64,000 bases of DNA. It comes from Naegleria gruberi. Taxonomy: Eukaryota. The position numbers and the translations under genes are program-made. Shown one piece after another: positions 10,413-21,026 of this stretch (its first letter is position 1; the number at the start of each line of letters is the position of its first letter). Below the pieces are notes generated by a model. That model did no database searches. It was not told the DNA's origin and was given only the letters and a program-made list of their open reading frames with translations. The stretch is taken from NCBI GenBank assembly GCA_000004985.1, contig GG738936.1; one strand, written 5' to 3'.

Positions 10413-11372
10413 TTACAAAGTGAGACCTCCAACATGTTTAACACTCATTTCCCACAAATCGTCCTGATACTTTTCATTGAAACTGTCTGCAATACTCTTC
10501 TTCTCCTTCCATTGTTCATAATATTTGAAACCAGTAACGCCATTCTGATCAGGATGAACTGCATGGAAAACTACTGAGAGACTAGCATGTTCTGGAGTAT
10601 CAAAGAATAGACCACCTATAATTGAAGAAAAACTTCCCAATAACCCTGCAAAAATTTGTGTGTTCACAACACCAGGATGCATGGCAATTACACTAACTCC
10701 TGATTGAGGTATTGAACTGCCTTCATTCAAATTTCTAACCAATTTGTAAGCAAAAAGAAGATTAGCTAATTTGCTATTTGCATAAGTTTGCTTTCCACTA
10801 TATGATGATGGTTTTTCATAATTTGGATCGCTCAATAATTCTTTAGCATCCCCACTTGAATGAATTTTAGAGCTCAGTATAATGATTCTCGATGGAGCAC
10901 TTTCTTTCAATTTATCCAACAATAAATTAACCAGTAAGAAATGGCCCAAGTGGTTAATACCATATGTATTTTCAAACTGTTGTTTAGTTTTCTTTCTTTC
11001 CACTTCCCAAACTCCAGCATTACACACCAGAGCATGAATTGGTAAATTCTTCTCCAAAAACTTTCTTGCAAAATTACGAACTGATTCCAAATCAGACAAA
11101 TCCAACGGAATAAATTGCATCATGGCATCCTTATTGGCTGTCTTGTTTCTAATTTCTTCCATAACTTTCATGGCCTTGTCCTCCGATCTACAAGCTAAAA
11201 TAACATGAGCACCCATTTCAACAAGATGAGTAACAGCAGCCTTTCCAATACCATCACTGGCTCCTGTAATGATCACAACCTTGTCTCCTTTGAATCGGAG
11301 AGGAACTGTGAGAGGTGAATTTGCTTGTTGCGACATTTTTTTTGATTCTTTTTTTAAATTTGTAATACCCAT
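10413..11372 (-). CDS. Short-chain dehydrogenase/reductase, retinol dehydrogenase/WWOX-like.
   Basis: The Rossmann motif VVIITGASDGIGKA is present, with NAGV downstream and the catalytic YxxxK (YANSKLANLLF). At 319 aa this is typical of RDH11/12-like SDRs. The ATG at 11370-11372 was verified. Confidence 0.7.
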   Translation of the reverse strand: MGITNLKKESKKMSQQANSPLTVPLRFKGDKVVIITGASDGIGKAAVTHLVEMGAHVILACRSEDKAMKVMEEIRNKTANKDAMMQFIPLDLSDLESVRNFARKFLEKNLPIHALVCNAGVWEVERKKTKQQFENTYGINHLGHFLLVNLLLDKLKESAPSRIIILSSKIHSSGDAKELLSDPNYEKPSSYSGKQTYANSKLANLLFAYKLVRNLNEGSSIPQSGVSVIAMHPGVVNTQIFAGLLGSFSSIIGGLFFDTPEHASLSVVFHAVHPDQNGVTGFKYYEQWKEKKSIADSFNEKYQDDLWEMSVKHVGGLTL

Positions 11373-11938
11373 GCGCCTTTTTAATTGGCTGGAATATATT
11401 ATGCGTCCACTTCTAAAACGGCCTTTTTTAATTATTAATAATTATTAAGAAATTGAATTTTACCGGAATCAAAATCAAATTTTCTTAATGAATTTCTTCA
11501 TAGATCAGTGAGAGAACTCTTCTCAAATTCAATTGAACAATCACTTCCTGACAATTACATGCACTTAACCATCATTTCTAATGTTGCAATATTCAAGTAT
11601 TGGAGTTAATTTGCTTCAAATTCACAACTTCTATCGGAAGAATTCCATGATGATTATTATTTAATTCTAACTTGTTGGTTTCTGTGGTAGCTTGCCAATA
11701 AATCAAGCTTTGCCATCAATTTAATTTTAATGGTGATGTTATCTATTTGACGAATTGTCTTGTGAGTTGCTAACAAATTTAAATAAATTTTTAATTTAAA
11801 AGTGTGTTCAATAAGGTTTGCTTCGTGTTCAAGGAATTTTTTTTAAAGCCTTAAAAAATAAAATCCCACAACAATGCGCTAATCAAACAGCACACCAAGC
11901 GCAATGAATACATGACAGATTTTGCTCTTTTTCGAAAC

Positions 11939-12088
11939 ATCTTTCTCGGCCTTTTGGCTTTGATCGAGTGTAGTATCTGTTCTTTTCAGTTTAATAGCTG
12001 AAAGCGTCCTACGGGGCGCGTTTACTATTAACTCAATTTTTTGTCGGGTCCAGAGGTGTGCCTCCTTGGAAACAAGTTGAGTGCACCC
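11939..12088 (+). ncRNA. U2: U2 spliceosomal snRNA.
   Basis: The 5' end ATCTTTCTCGGCCTTTTGGCTTTGATCGAGTGTAGTATCTGTTCTTTTCAGTTTAATAGCTGA nearly matches the universal U2 5' region, which carries the branch-point-binding GUAGUA. An Sm site (AATTTTTTG) and a 3' end GTGCACCC like the human UGCACCC are also present. Confidence 0.85.
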
Positions 12089-12264
12089 TTTGGTAGGTTT
12101 CAAGCAGACATTGCACTATCCGTCAGTTTTGGAGCCACCCTTTCTCTCTATTATCAATTGAATTTAAAGTAATATGTTTAAAAGTTCTCAAAGAGATAAA
12201 GTATTTTCAAAATATTAAGATGAACTTTAAAAAATTAAGAATACATTGAATAGTGGAGGAATTG

Positions 12265-12498
12265 ATGCAAATATTCGTGACTACATTGAGTGGACGTTCA
12301 ACGGTTGTAGAGGTGGAACCAGATGATTTAGTGGAGGAGCTGAAGGCAAAATTATATGAGAAGGAAGCTTTGCCAGTGCATCAACAACGTCTTGTTTATG
12401 CTGGTAAACAATTGGAAGATAGTAGAACCCTTGCTTATTATAATGTGCAAAAGGACTCAACAATTACACTTCTTGCTAGATTAAGAGGAGGACAATAA
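12265..12498 (+). CDS. Ubiquitin-like protein (ubiquitin/NEDD8 family), ending LRGG followed by Q.
   Basis: [77 protein letters not shown] aligns along the whole length with ubiquitin (MQIFVKTLTGK...QQRLIFAGKQLEDGRTL..YNIQKEST..LVLRLRGG). The listed ORF starts at an upstream GTG, so the true ATG is taken as 12265. Confidence 0.7.
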   Translation: MQIFVTTLSGRSTVVEVEPDDLVEELKAKLYEKEALPVHQQRLVYAGKQLEDSRTLAYYNVQKDSTITLLARLRGGQ

Positions 12499-13054
12499 CT
12501 TGTTATTCCGGAGCATCAACAGAACCCAACACTGTAATTTCCAATACTAATATTAAAAATCCAGTATTGATGATTTCATCAAAAAGAGATCTTCCTCCTC
12601 AACATGAACCTGAATAAATTCTAGTTACTAAATCAGACACCACCCAACAATTTAATCTTCATCATGCTCTTTCATTGTCCGAATGCTTGATTTCAACAAA
12701 TGGCATACAATCACGTTATGTGTTCCTTGCACCAAGTACAATATCGACAACTTGTTTCTCTTTTGTGTGGATTTGGTTCCTCACAATAAGAATCTCCTTG
12801 CAAAACATGAAAACCTGAACCTTTCAACCTCTTCCATCAACATTAGTTTCCAATAGCAAGCGCTCGCATAAAAGTGTAGACAACATTATTGTATTCCAAA
12901 CTCTGGACTATTAATAAACCATGTCCCTACACTTAATGCTCCTTATTAGTTCTTAATATTCCTTATTTTTTGCTTGCCGCTGTCAGCAATCACAACCCGC
13001 GAAAAAAATCCTCAACGTTTCGTTCGTCCACAACACAAATTTATTTTTCTTAAA

Positions 13055-14523
13055 ATGAGTGATACAAATTCCAACGCCAATGAGCCTACGCAAACAATCA
13101 TCAAGCAAGAGGAAATGCCAGATGTCAACACATTAAGTTCGGCATCAAGTCATGATTTACCAGTGATTAATAAGCAAGAAACCGAAGCATCCGATGCCTT
13201 ATCGTCCTTCAATAATATTTTACTTGATCAAGAAGCACATGATGTCTTGCTTGGCTTGACACAACGTAAGTACTAAACTATTCGAAAATTATACGAAACT
13301 AATTTGATAATATTATTTCCGTCATCGTCACGGATATGATGATGTATTCCCACACCTTAAATGTGCAAAACCGTCATTCAATCTTTTGACGAAACTCTTT
13401 CGGAATAATAGTAACTAATCATGATGATGAGTCGAATCAAGACGAATCAAAGGAAAGTGCAACAAGAACAACTTCAACATCAACAACAAGTATTTCTAAT
13501 GGAAAAAATTTAACTTACTGCTCAGTTTGTAGGAGAAGTAGCGAGCAAGTCAACTTCCACAAAAATTACACAATCAACACTAATAATTACAAAAATTATT
13601 GTGGAACTTTCCCTCACTTTGCCGATCAAATTCCAAAACCTAAAGAAGGTGAATCTCATGTTGTGTGTTCTACATGTTATAATAAGCAGTGGAGATTTGC
13701 TAATGGAAAGTACGATCCACATAAGGAGTAAGTAGTATATAGTTTTATAGTTTTTTTAAGAATCATTTTGTGTGTGAATTATTTAATTTGCTTTAATTGA
13801 ACTAATTTATTCATGTTGAAATGTAGTCGTGCTTTCAATAAGAGAGAAGGGCTTCAGAGGACACCAAAAGCACCTAAAGGATCAAAGCAAAAGGCAGCTG
13901 CTTCCACTAGTTCAGAAAATTCAGATCTCCTCAACACTAGTACTAACACCACTGATTCCAATACTGAGGGAAATAAGAGAAAGATCGATGAAGAGGAAGG
14001 AGGTGAAAATCTCTTCGTCCCAATTGAATCTCCAAATAAGAGAGTGAAGAGGGCTTCCAAAGCTAAGAAAGGTCAATCACCAACTCAACAATACGAATCT
14101 AAATTTGTCATTGAATCAACAACACCACCTGTAGTTGTTGCTTCTACATCATCAAATAATGCAGTTCCAATTAGATGTTCATTTGGAATTGCTTCAGCAT
14201 CTCCAGCAGCAAGTTTTGCCAAGAAGGAGGAAATTACTTTCCTCATTAGTTATATGAAACGTTTTAATGGAATATTGGAGGATATTTACACAACTAAGAT
14301 TGCTACACATCATTGTCCAGAAACTGTTGAACAACTCAGAGATTTAGTCATGGAAAGATTATCTCAAAAGAAGGGAGATGTATTCATTTTCGATCGTGCT
14401 TGTTGTAACTCTGTCGATCGTTTCAACAATCCAATCAAGATTGAAATTGATGAATTCTTCTTTAAAGATGTAAAGCTAGCTAATAATGATTCATTATGGA
14501 TCTATGTAAATGATAAGCAATAA
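13055..14523 (+). CDS. Nuclear-type protein with a C2C2 zinc-finger-like motif (3 exons); family unknown.
   Basis: Exons are 13055..13265, 13412..13727 and 13827..14523. The donors are GTAAGT at 13266 and 13728, the acceptors are AATAG and ATGTAG, and the phases were checked. Exon 2 encodes CSVCRR...(37 aa)...CSTCYNKQW. Exon 3 is basic and Ser-rich and ends in a Cys-containing domain. Confidence 0.5.
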
Positions 14524-14694
14524 ATTATTTTAAACTAACTAATTGGGAATTTAAGGATAATATCAAAAAGGAAGGACATTGTTATCTGTCATTAATTAAA
14601 ATTTCGGTCTTGATGGCACCAAACCATGGCCTAGAACGATGACAGAACTTCTTACATTAAGGCACATTAAGGAAACATTTCATTATGAATGTAA

Positions 14695-14765
14695 TCGGGC
14701 GTGGTATAGTGGTAGCATTCCAGACTGTCACTCTGGCGACCCGGGTTCAATTCCCGGCGTTCGAG
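14695..14765 (+). tRNA. tRNA-Asp (anticodon GTC).
   Basis: The acceptor TCGGGCG pairs with CGTTCGA (with G-U pairs). The D-arm is GTATAGTGGTAGCAT, the anticodon stem-loop is CCAGA-CTGTCAC-TCTGG, and the T-arm is CCGGGTTCAATTCCCGG. It is very similar to the eukaryotic tRNA-Asp-GTC consensus. Confidence 0.85.
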
Positions 14766-15009
14766 ATATAATTTTACACAATTTCTTTAATTTTATATTT
14801 TGTATGTTCAACTTTCTTATTACTATAATAGACATAGTATTGTTGGGCCAATTTATATGCAAATTATTCAAAGTGAAAGATTGTTTTAATCTAAATAAAT
14901 ACCAGAGTGTAAGTGTGAGTGTAATACCGAATTAAGGTCGATCGAAACACATTATTTATTGTGCCTAATGCTGCTTCTTATTCAAAATTAAGATTTTGAT
15001 ATTAAGAAT

Positions 15010-15129
15010 GGGTACGGCCATATCACGATTCATGCACCTCATCCCGTCCGATTTGAGAAGTTAAGCATCGTCGAGCCACATCAGTACTGAGGTTGGAGAC
15101 AACTTGGGAACCTGTGGTGCTGTAGTCTT
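15010..15129 (+). rRNA. 5S ribosomal RNA gene.
   Basis: The sequence GGTACGGCCATATCACG...CATCCCGTCCGATTTGAGAAGTTAAGC...AGTACTGAGGTTGGAGACAACTTGGGAACCTGTGGTGCTGTAG shows the conserved 5S blocks and box C region, and is similar to dictyostelid 5S. A T-run terminator follows. Confidence 0.85.
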
Positions 15130-15132
15130 TTT
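15128..15132 (+). terminator. Pol III T-run terminator of the 5S gene.
   Basis: TTTTT lies immediately at the 3' end of the 5S sequence. Confidence 0.6.
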
Positions 15133-15262
15133 CCCTTACTTGAAAATAATATTAGTGAAGTCTTGTTTTCTTCTTATTATCTCTTTTTTGAATTGTATGG
15201 TTGTGTTATAGTCAAGTGAATTAAACAAATAAGATAAACTTAAATATTGAACATCAACAACT

Positions 15263-15808
15263 TTATAAAAAAGTGGACTCATCATCAGAAAAGAGTAATA
15301 ATGCTTCAAAATTGTAACTCGATTCTTGTGATGGTTGTTGTGGATTAGTTTCATTTGCGAAACCAAATAATGATTTAAGAGTTGGCACATCCAATTGGTC
15401 AATTGAGTTTAGTGGAAGACTGGATAGAAAACTTGCAATATTGAGAAATTCTGAACTGTTATTGGATGGAGAAATGGGTTGTTTGGTGGGAATGGAAGGA
15501 GAATGACCATGTTCATTGATTGATCTTTTGGATTCAATCTTTTCAGTAAAAATTACTGTATCTTGGTTTCTAATAGTTTCGTCATCAGTTTCTTCTTGGA
15601 TTACCTTGTAAATGAACACATCTGCATTGGGATCTTCATTATGGAATACAAAGTAATTCTTCAGCAATTTGTTATTTTGCATATCTTTTCTCAATCGTTT
15701 TAGTTTCGGTTCTTGCTTTCTGCACTTTCCTTCAAGTTTAGTTTTCACTCTCTTCGTTTCGTCAATGAAAGAAACCTTTGCACTTCTCGAATTACACCAC
15801 GTATGCAT
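15263..15808 (-). CDS. Hypothetical protein lying between the two 5S genes, with a basic N-terminal region and an acidic C-terminus.
   Basis: A 181-aa ORF with the basic stretch KRVKTKLEGKCRKQEPKLKRLRKD and the acidic tail FEALLLFSDDES. No family was recognised, and it could be non-coding. Confidence 0.3.
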   Translation of the reverse strand: MHTWCNSRSAKVSFIDETKRVKTKLEGKCRKQEPKLKRLRKDMQNNKLLKNYFVFHNEDPNADVFIYKVIQEETDDETIRNQDTVIFTEKIESKRSINEHGHSPSIPTKQPISPSNNSSEFLNIASFLSSLPLNSIDQLDVPTLKSLFGFANETNPQQPSQESSYNFEALLLFSDDESTFL

Positions 15809-16806
15809 TTCGTATTGTTTTTTAAGATTTGTATTTCTCTGTATTCAGATAATCGAAACTAAAGCTCTTTGTTTCTTGAAAGGATAAATGATGAAAATTC
15901 GCGTAATCCTAATAGAGCTCTTCCATAGATCTCAACATGCCAGAGAACTATTAGAAATACCATGAAATGCATCTCGAGTATCGAGATTAGTTCAGTTTAG
16001 TGTTTTGTGAATAAAATAGAAGCACAAGTCCAAAATAAGCATTACTATGCATTGGCAATGTTAAGAGGTGAAATACTCAAAATGGAAACATAGAAGAATA
16101 AGTACTGTGTTTCAAATAATGAAAGGATTTCCTTACTGCTGACAAGTCCTGATTCATGACAAGCACATGACTTGTTAAACTGTTGATAAATTTGGCCTTT
16201 CCTAATCCGTGTATTATTTAATTTCGAGAATGTTGTGTTGAAAATTATCGGTGCTTCTTTTTGAGATTTGAGAATGCCAACCTATTCCATTCATTCATTC
16301 AACTCGGTATGCAAATAAATTAATTGTAGAAAACTAAAATTTTTATGAAATGTTAATGGAAAGAAAATTAATTTGGATAATCAATGTTTATATTATTGAT
16401 ATAATTATACTTGGTTTCAATTATTTATTTGGACCGGAAGCCTGCCAGGAATATGGCGACGATCCCGCTACAGTCTTTGACTGTATGAACAGTGAAGGCA
16501 ACTAATCTATTGATTGTTGGTTCAGTAAGTTATTGTTTAGAAAAGCTTGCCACCTGACCATCTATTTATCACCTTTGAATTTGATCTATTTAGAAAGAGA
16601 AACTTTTGGTTGATCAATTTTCGATAAAATTTCCCTTTCGAATTTGAGTCTTCAAATATTGAAATAGTGAAGATGCTGTGCAATTGTTCATAGAAAATGT
16701 TTCTAAACCAAGTTGACCCAGGCTATCATGTAAATTGTAAATAATCAAAATAAAGTATCCTTCTCAATAAGTTCTTACCGAGCAATATCTTATTTGCTAA
16801 AAAAAA

Positions 16807-16924
16807 GACTACAGCACCACAGGTTCCCAAGTTGTCTCCAACCTCAGTACTGATGTGGCTCGACGATGCTTAACTTCTCAAATCGGACGGGATGAGGTGC
16901 ATTCATCGTGATATGGCCGTAGCC
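16807..16924 (-). rRNA. 5S ribosomal RNA gene, second copy, inverted relative to the first.
   Basis: The reverse complement GGCTACGGCCATATCACGATGAATGCACC...GGTGCTGTAGTC differs from the first copy (15010..15129) only near the 5' end (GGGTAC versus GGCTAC, and ATTCATG versus ATGAATG). A run of 8 A on the plus strand at 16799..16806 gives a T-run terminator on the minus strand. Confidence 0.85.
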
Positions 16925-17043
16925 ATTCTCAATATTAAAATCTTAATATTAAATAAGAAAACGGACAATATTCATTAATTTTTGCAAGGAATATAAAACG
17001 AATACATATCTTAAATATTTAATACATTTAAATTGGATATGAT

Positions 17044-18222
17044 TTACTGATTTGGTGTCGATTCACAAGTTGTAATACTTATTGTAATCTCACAACATGC
17101 AGGAGTTTTCTCAACATTATTTTTCTCATCCTCACTTTCTCTTCTGATGAAATAACTCATTAATATTCTATTTCTCAAATACGAAACTAAACACAACAAG
17201 AGAAACATAATTCCAATGACCAAATAAACAACTACAAGAAACAATAGAAATGTCCACCAAGGATTTCTATAATAATTAATAATACTATATGGAAATTTTG
17301 ATACCCATCTCGATTTCATACTAATTAAAAACCAAATATAGTATAAACTAGGAAAGCACATTAATGTGACAATGTGCCACTTTCTTATTTGAAAATTAGA
17401 CAAGAGAAAGTCAATTAAGCTTAATAATCCTGTAATACCATGATAAGAAACAGTACTTTCCCAAATTTGATGTCGAATAACTTATTAGAAACTAAATACT
17501 TACACACAATCTAAAACATCCTCCTGAACACTTGCTCTTCCAACCCAATATCCAATCGAAACAACCAATGAAGCAACCAAATTTAATTCGCCTACAAACC
17601 ACAACAATATTGAAATTCCTCTCCAGCCAATTTTGATCCACTTGTCAAATTTAGAATAATTCTTTAAAAGGAAATTTGTTTCATACGAAAACCTAATCGA
17701 GAAATTTCTAAAGAATACTAAGTAGACGAAACCTAAAAATGTCTGCAGTGAGAAATAAGTGGTGAAAACCATAATCATGTGGTGTGTGAAAAAAGTTGAG
17801 TTTTTCAGATAGATATTTTCGAATAGATCTGGTCTAAGAGATGGATAGATGGAAAGGGTGGTAACAATCCATGTAAAAGTCATTATTCGAAAGATGTATA
17901 AAGCTATGGTTAGATACTTGTTGTATCCGAAAGATTCGAATACAAATTGCGAAGGGTTTCGTAAACTAATTAATTAGCTTACCATTGTAATATCTACGTA
18001 CCCATCAAGAATTAAATCTGCTCTTTTAATTTCCTCCGTTTCTTGTTGATATTTAGCAACTCTGTTTTGTCTTTGTGTGAAAACTATTCCTTTCACAATG
18101 AAGAAACCTAACGAAAGTATGAAAATAAAGGAGAATGTCATGATACTTTGGATCAACAGCACAGAACTAATCAGATCAGCACCTTGTGTTTCAGAAAGTG
18201 AAGGTAAACTTCTTGCATCCAT
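17044..18222 (-). CDS. Predicted 7-TM membrane protein (3 exons); family unknown.
   Basis: Three minus-strand ORFs (17974..18222, 17500..17883, 17044..17403) are separated by gaps of about 90 and 96 nt with splice-like ends. Together they give about 7 hydrophobic helices. Exact splice sites were not resolved. Confidence 0.5.
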
Positions 18223-18467
18223 TGAATGTTGTATTCGAAAGGTTTCGTTTTTTTAATGTTGAAATTATGAAAAGACATTAATTTCTTGACATGGCAACAA
18301 GATTGGTCTTTCCACTCAATTTATTCCAAAACTCGGTTCATTCCAAACTTGGTATTTAGTTATTTTTGTAAAGAATAATTGAAAATGGAAATATAAATGG
18401 TTTTGAAGAGCTCATTCTCATTAAAATCCATTAATTATTGATTCGAATGTAACAATGTTTATTTTAA

Positions 18468-21026
18468 TTACATCCAATACATATTACCATCCTGTGCAGA
18501 ACCTGATTTCACTGACTGTTCATCATCAGTTGATGAGCTTGTTCCTGGTTGAGCAATTTCAAATCCAAGAGAAAAAGAACTGGAAGTTGAGCTCATTGTG
18601 GATTCTCTGCTTGATGGTTTCTCTGAAAGAATAGTTTTGATATTTTCCATGAATGATGTGTAGGCCAAATTGATGAGAATTAACTTGACAATGACTTCAA
18701 TCTTTTCAAATACATCAAAGTGAGCGAGGGAGGAAATTGCCTTCTTGGCCTCAGTGTTAAATGTTTGAATGGAGGAGCGAGGGAAATCAGAAAGATTGGA
18801 AATATTGTTTTGGTCAATTAGGTAGCTCTCTACAATCTTTTTGTGAAGTTTGGCTCTTTGTTGAGGTTTGTTTGTGAGCTTGTAAGTTTCCAATTTTTCA
18901 ATCATTGCCATGTATTTAGAGGCATTAGGAATTGGGCACAATTGTAAGAATCTTGATTTGAGATAGTCATCACTGATAATTCTATTAAAATCGAGAATTT
19001 TCTTCATTTCTTCTAATTTGGTTTCTTGATCTTGGAGTGATTGTTGAAGTTCATTTTCTTCACTCAAATTGATGGCAACAATTACAAAGGCATCACTAAC
19101 TTGGCCTTCTTTAATTAGCAATCTGACATTGTAAACTTTCAATTGGACTGGTAATTGTTTGGATGTTATGGAGAAGATGTTTGTTTTCCATATACCATTA
19201 TCGCTAATTTCAGCAAATTTCTGTAGCAACTCATCGAGAGGTGTTTCCTTAAAGAATTTGTCAATGGTATCATGGAGATAGTTGACTTGTTGCTGATTTT
19301 CATTACTGTCCACAAGCTTATTATCAAAATAACTATTAGTATTGACAATCAATCCAGTACTCTTTTCAACAATGGCAATAAACTCATTAATACTATTCAT
19401 GATGCAACGATTGGATTGTTCTTGAATTGAAGTTCTTTCAAGCATTTCTTGCATTGTATCCATGTCACTAACTAGCTTTTCTTGATTCTTTTTCAAACTG
19501 GCCAACATTTGATTAATCTTTGATGAGAGAGTACCAATTTCGTCGTGACCCAATTGAGGAATTGTCTTGTTAAAATCATTTCCACTCTCATAGAAATCTC
19601 TAACAGATTTGGATAATTTTAAAATTCTTCTCAATACTGATGATTCAATAAAGATGACAACGCCAGCTGACAATACCAATACGAAGAATGTCATGACAAA
19701 CCACACGACAAGGAAGGAAGCCATACCAACTTGGAATGAACTTCTTTGAATATCAGTTCTAAACACTACTGTCTTTCCACCTGTAATGTCATTGTACATT
19801 TGATAGGCAGCCATTCTTTCATTTTGAGAACCAGCTGAGAAGGAAGAGAACTTGTTAGTAATGGTCTTGGAGCATTGTCTTCCATGGAGAATATAATCCG
19901 AGTTACTGGAAGATTTTCCAATATCAATAACCTTCACAAGAGATGCAGCATCATTTGTCCAATCAGAGTAAACATTTGTACTCGAAATATTGGTTGGTAT
20001 CCATTCACTAGTGATAGCATCAAGAGAATCTGAGATTGCATTAGATGTTGACAACTTGAAAGCACTTGTCTCATATTCACTTTTCAGGTCATAGGTCGTA
20101 ACACAAAATTGAGTCCTCTCTGAGATGTCGAGCAGATAATCATAGGTATTATACTTGGCAAAGGTGAGCATACCAAATGATTCCAGTGAGTCATATCCTT
20201 GAATTGGCATTGCATTCACAAGAAGTACGTTTGATAAAATTGAGGAATAGTTGGAAACTGCTTGTTGTGATGTTTCACTTGTTGCCAATTCTGAAAGTTT
20301 CTTACTTGGTATCATTAATCCAATGTGTCTAGTCGATGGATTTTCCAAATTATTGATAAAGAATTTCCTATATTCATTCGATTGACCATCAACAGTTTCT
20401 TGATCTAGATTAGTCAACTCAGATGGTAATCCTTCAATTGATACACCTTTAAAACAATGAATTCCTCTTAGCATTGTTCCATTTAAATAGTAAAATAAGG
20501 CCATATTTACGTTAACTCTATTCAAATAATCACAATTCATATAATCTGACATGTATTGGTCAATTGTCTCTTGTGAAGCTCCATTTACCAACTCAGTTGT
20601 CGAATCAAACGATCCATATTCAAACGTACGATCTGACAATAGCTTTAAATCATCAAACAATGCTCTTGAAACTCTCCTAGAAGATTGAGTCGATTCCACA
20701 CGTTCAACATTATGAAATATCAAAAAGAATGAGGTCAATAAAATTGCCAAACAAAAGCACACCAACAATATGAACATGACAACCAACACTGAAATTGTCT
20801 TTAAACGTAATGATGAATGTTTCTTGAATATATTCTCTTGTTGCTGCGTCGTATCTGGTGCATTGTATTTAAAAGTTAAATTTGCAATTTCTTTCAACTC
20901 TATTTTCATTTCTTTTAATTCTTCCGAATTGCTATTATTATTATTAATGGATGGAGAATGCTGAAGAGATGTTGCGGAAGATGATGGAATTGATTCAACA
21001 ACTGAAAGGTTGAGTTGTTGCGTCAT
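18468..21026 (-). CDS. Receptor-like protein: TM1, an extracellular sensor domain of about 300 aa, TM2, a HAMP domain, a PAS-like region and a C-terminal RGS-like domain.
   Basis: An 852-aa uninterrupted ORF with a verified ATG. TM1 is ISVLVVMFILLVCFCLAILLTSFF. The extracellular region is Cys- and N-glycosylation-rich. TM2 is MASFLVVWFVMTFFVLVLSAGVVIFI. A HAMP signature follows immediately (RRILKLSKSVRDF...LGHDEIGTLSSKINQMLASL). The C-terminus resembles an RGS domain (FNRIISDDYLKSRFLQLCPIPNASKYMAMIEKLETYK...FDVFEKIEVIVKLILINLAYTSFMEN). Confidence 0.6.
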   Translation of the reverse strand: MTQQLNLSVVESIPSSSATSLQHSPSINNNNSNSEELKEMKIELKEIANLTFKYNAPDTTQQQENIFKKHSSLRLKTISVLVVMFILLVCFCLAILLTSFFLIFHNVERVESTQSSRRVSRALFDDLKLLSDRTFEYGSFDSTTELVNGASQETIDQYMSDYMNCDYLNRVNVNMALFYYLNGTMLRGIHCFKGVSIEGLPSELTNLDQETVDGQSNEYRKFFINNLENPSTRHIGLMIPSKKLSELATSETSQQAVSNYSSILSNVLLVNAMPIQGYDSLESFGMLTFAKYNTYDYLLDISERTQFCVTTYDLKSEYETSAFKLSTSNAISDSLDAITSEWIPTNISSTNVYSDWTNDAASLVKVIDIGKSSSNSDYILHGRQCSKTITNKFSSFSAGSQNERMAAYQMYNDITGGKTVVFRTDIQRSSFQVGMASFLVVWFVMTFFVLVLSAGVVIFIESSVLRRILKLSKSVRDFYESGNDFNKTIPQLGHDEIGTLSSKINQMLASLKKNQEKLVSDMDTMQEMLERTSIQEQSNRCIMNSINEFIAIVEKSTGLIVNTNSYFDNKLVDSNENQQQVNYLHDTIDKFFKETPLDELLQKFAEISDNGIWKTNIFSITSKQLPVQLKVYNVRLLIKEGQVSDAFVIVAINLSEENELQQSLQDQETKLEEMKKILDFNRIISDDYLKSRFLQLCPIPNASKYMAMIEKLETYKLTNKPQQRAKLHKKIVESYLIDQNNISNLSDFPRSSIQTFNTEAKKAISSLAHFDVFEKIEVIVKLILINLAYTSFMENIKTILSEKPSSRESTMSSTSSSFSLGFEIAQPGTSSSTDDEQSVKSGSAQDGNMYWM

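Larger units (their letters stand above)
14966..16968. repeat. Inverted repeat pair. Each arm is about 165 bp: a 5S gene plus about 45 bp of its upstream sequence. The arms flank a unique segment of about 1.7 kb.
   Basis: Arm 1 is about 14966..15129 and arm 2 about 16807..16968 in reverse complement. The upstream flanks are similar (TTATTCAAAATTAAGATTTTGATATTAAGAATGG against TTATTTAATATTAAGATTTTAATATTGAGAATGG). The downstream flanks differ after the T-run. Confidence 0.7.

Noticed and set aside
11879-12103. A 74-aa minus-strand ORF.
   Set aside because: It lies entirely antisense to and overlapping the U2 snRNA gene, with no coding-like composition, so it is an ORF-finder artefact.
14639-14935. 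A 98-aa ORF overlapping tRNA-Asp.
   Set aside because: It spans the tRNA and AT-rich flank and its translation is low-complexity junk.
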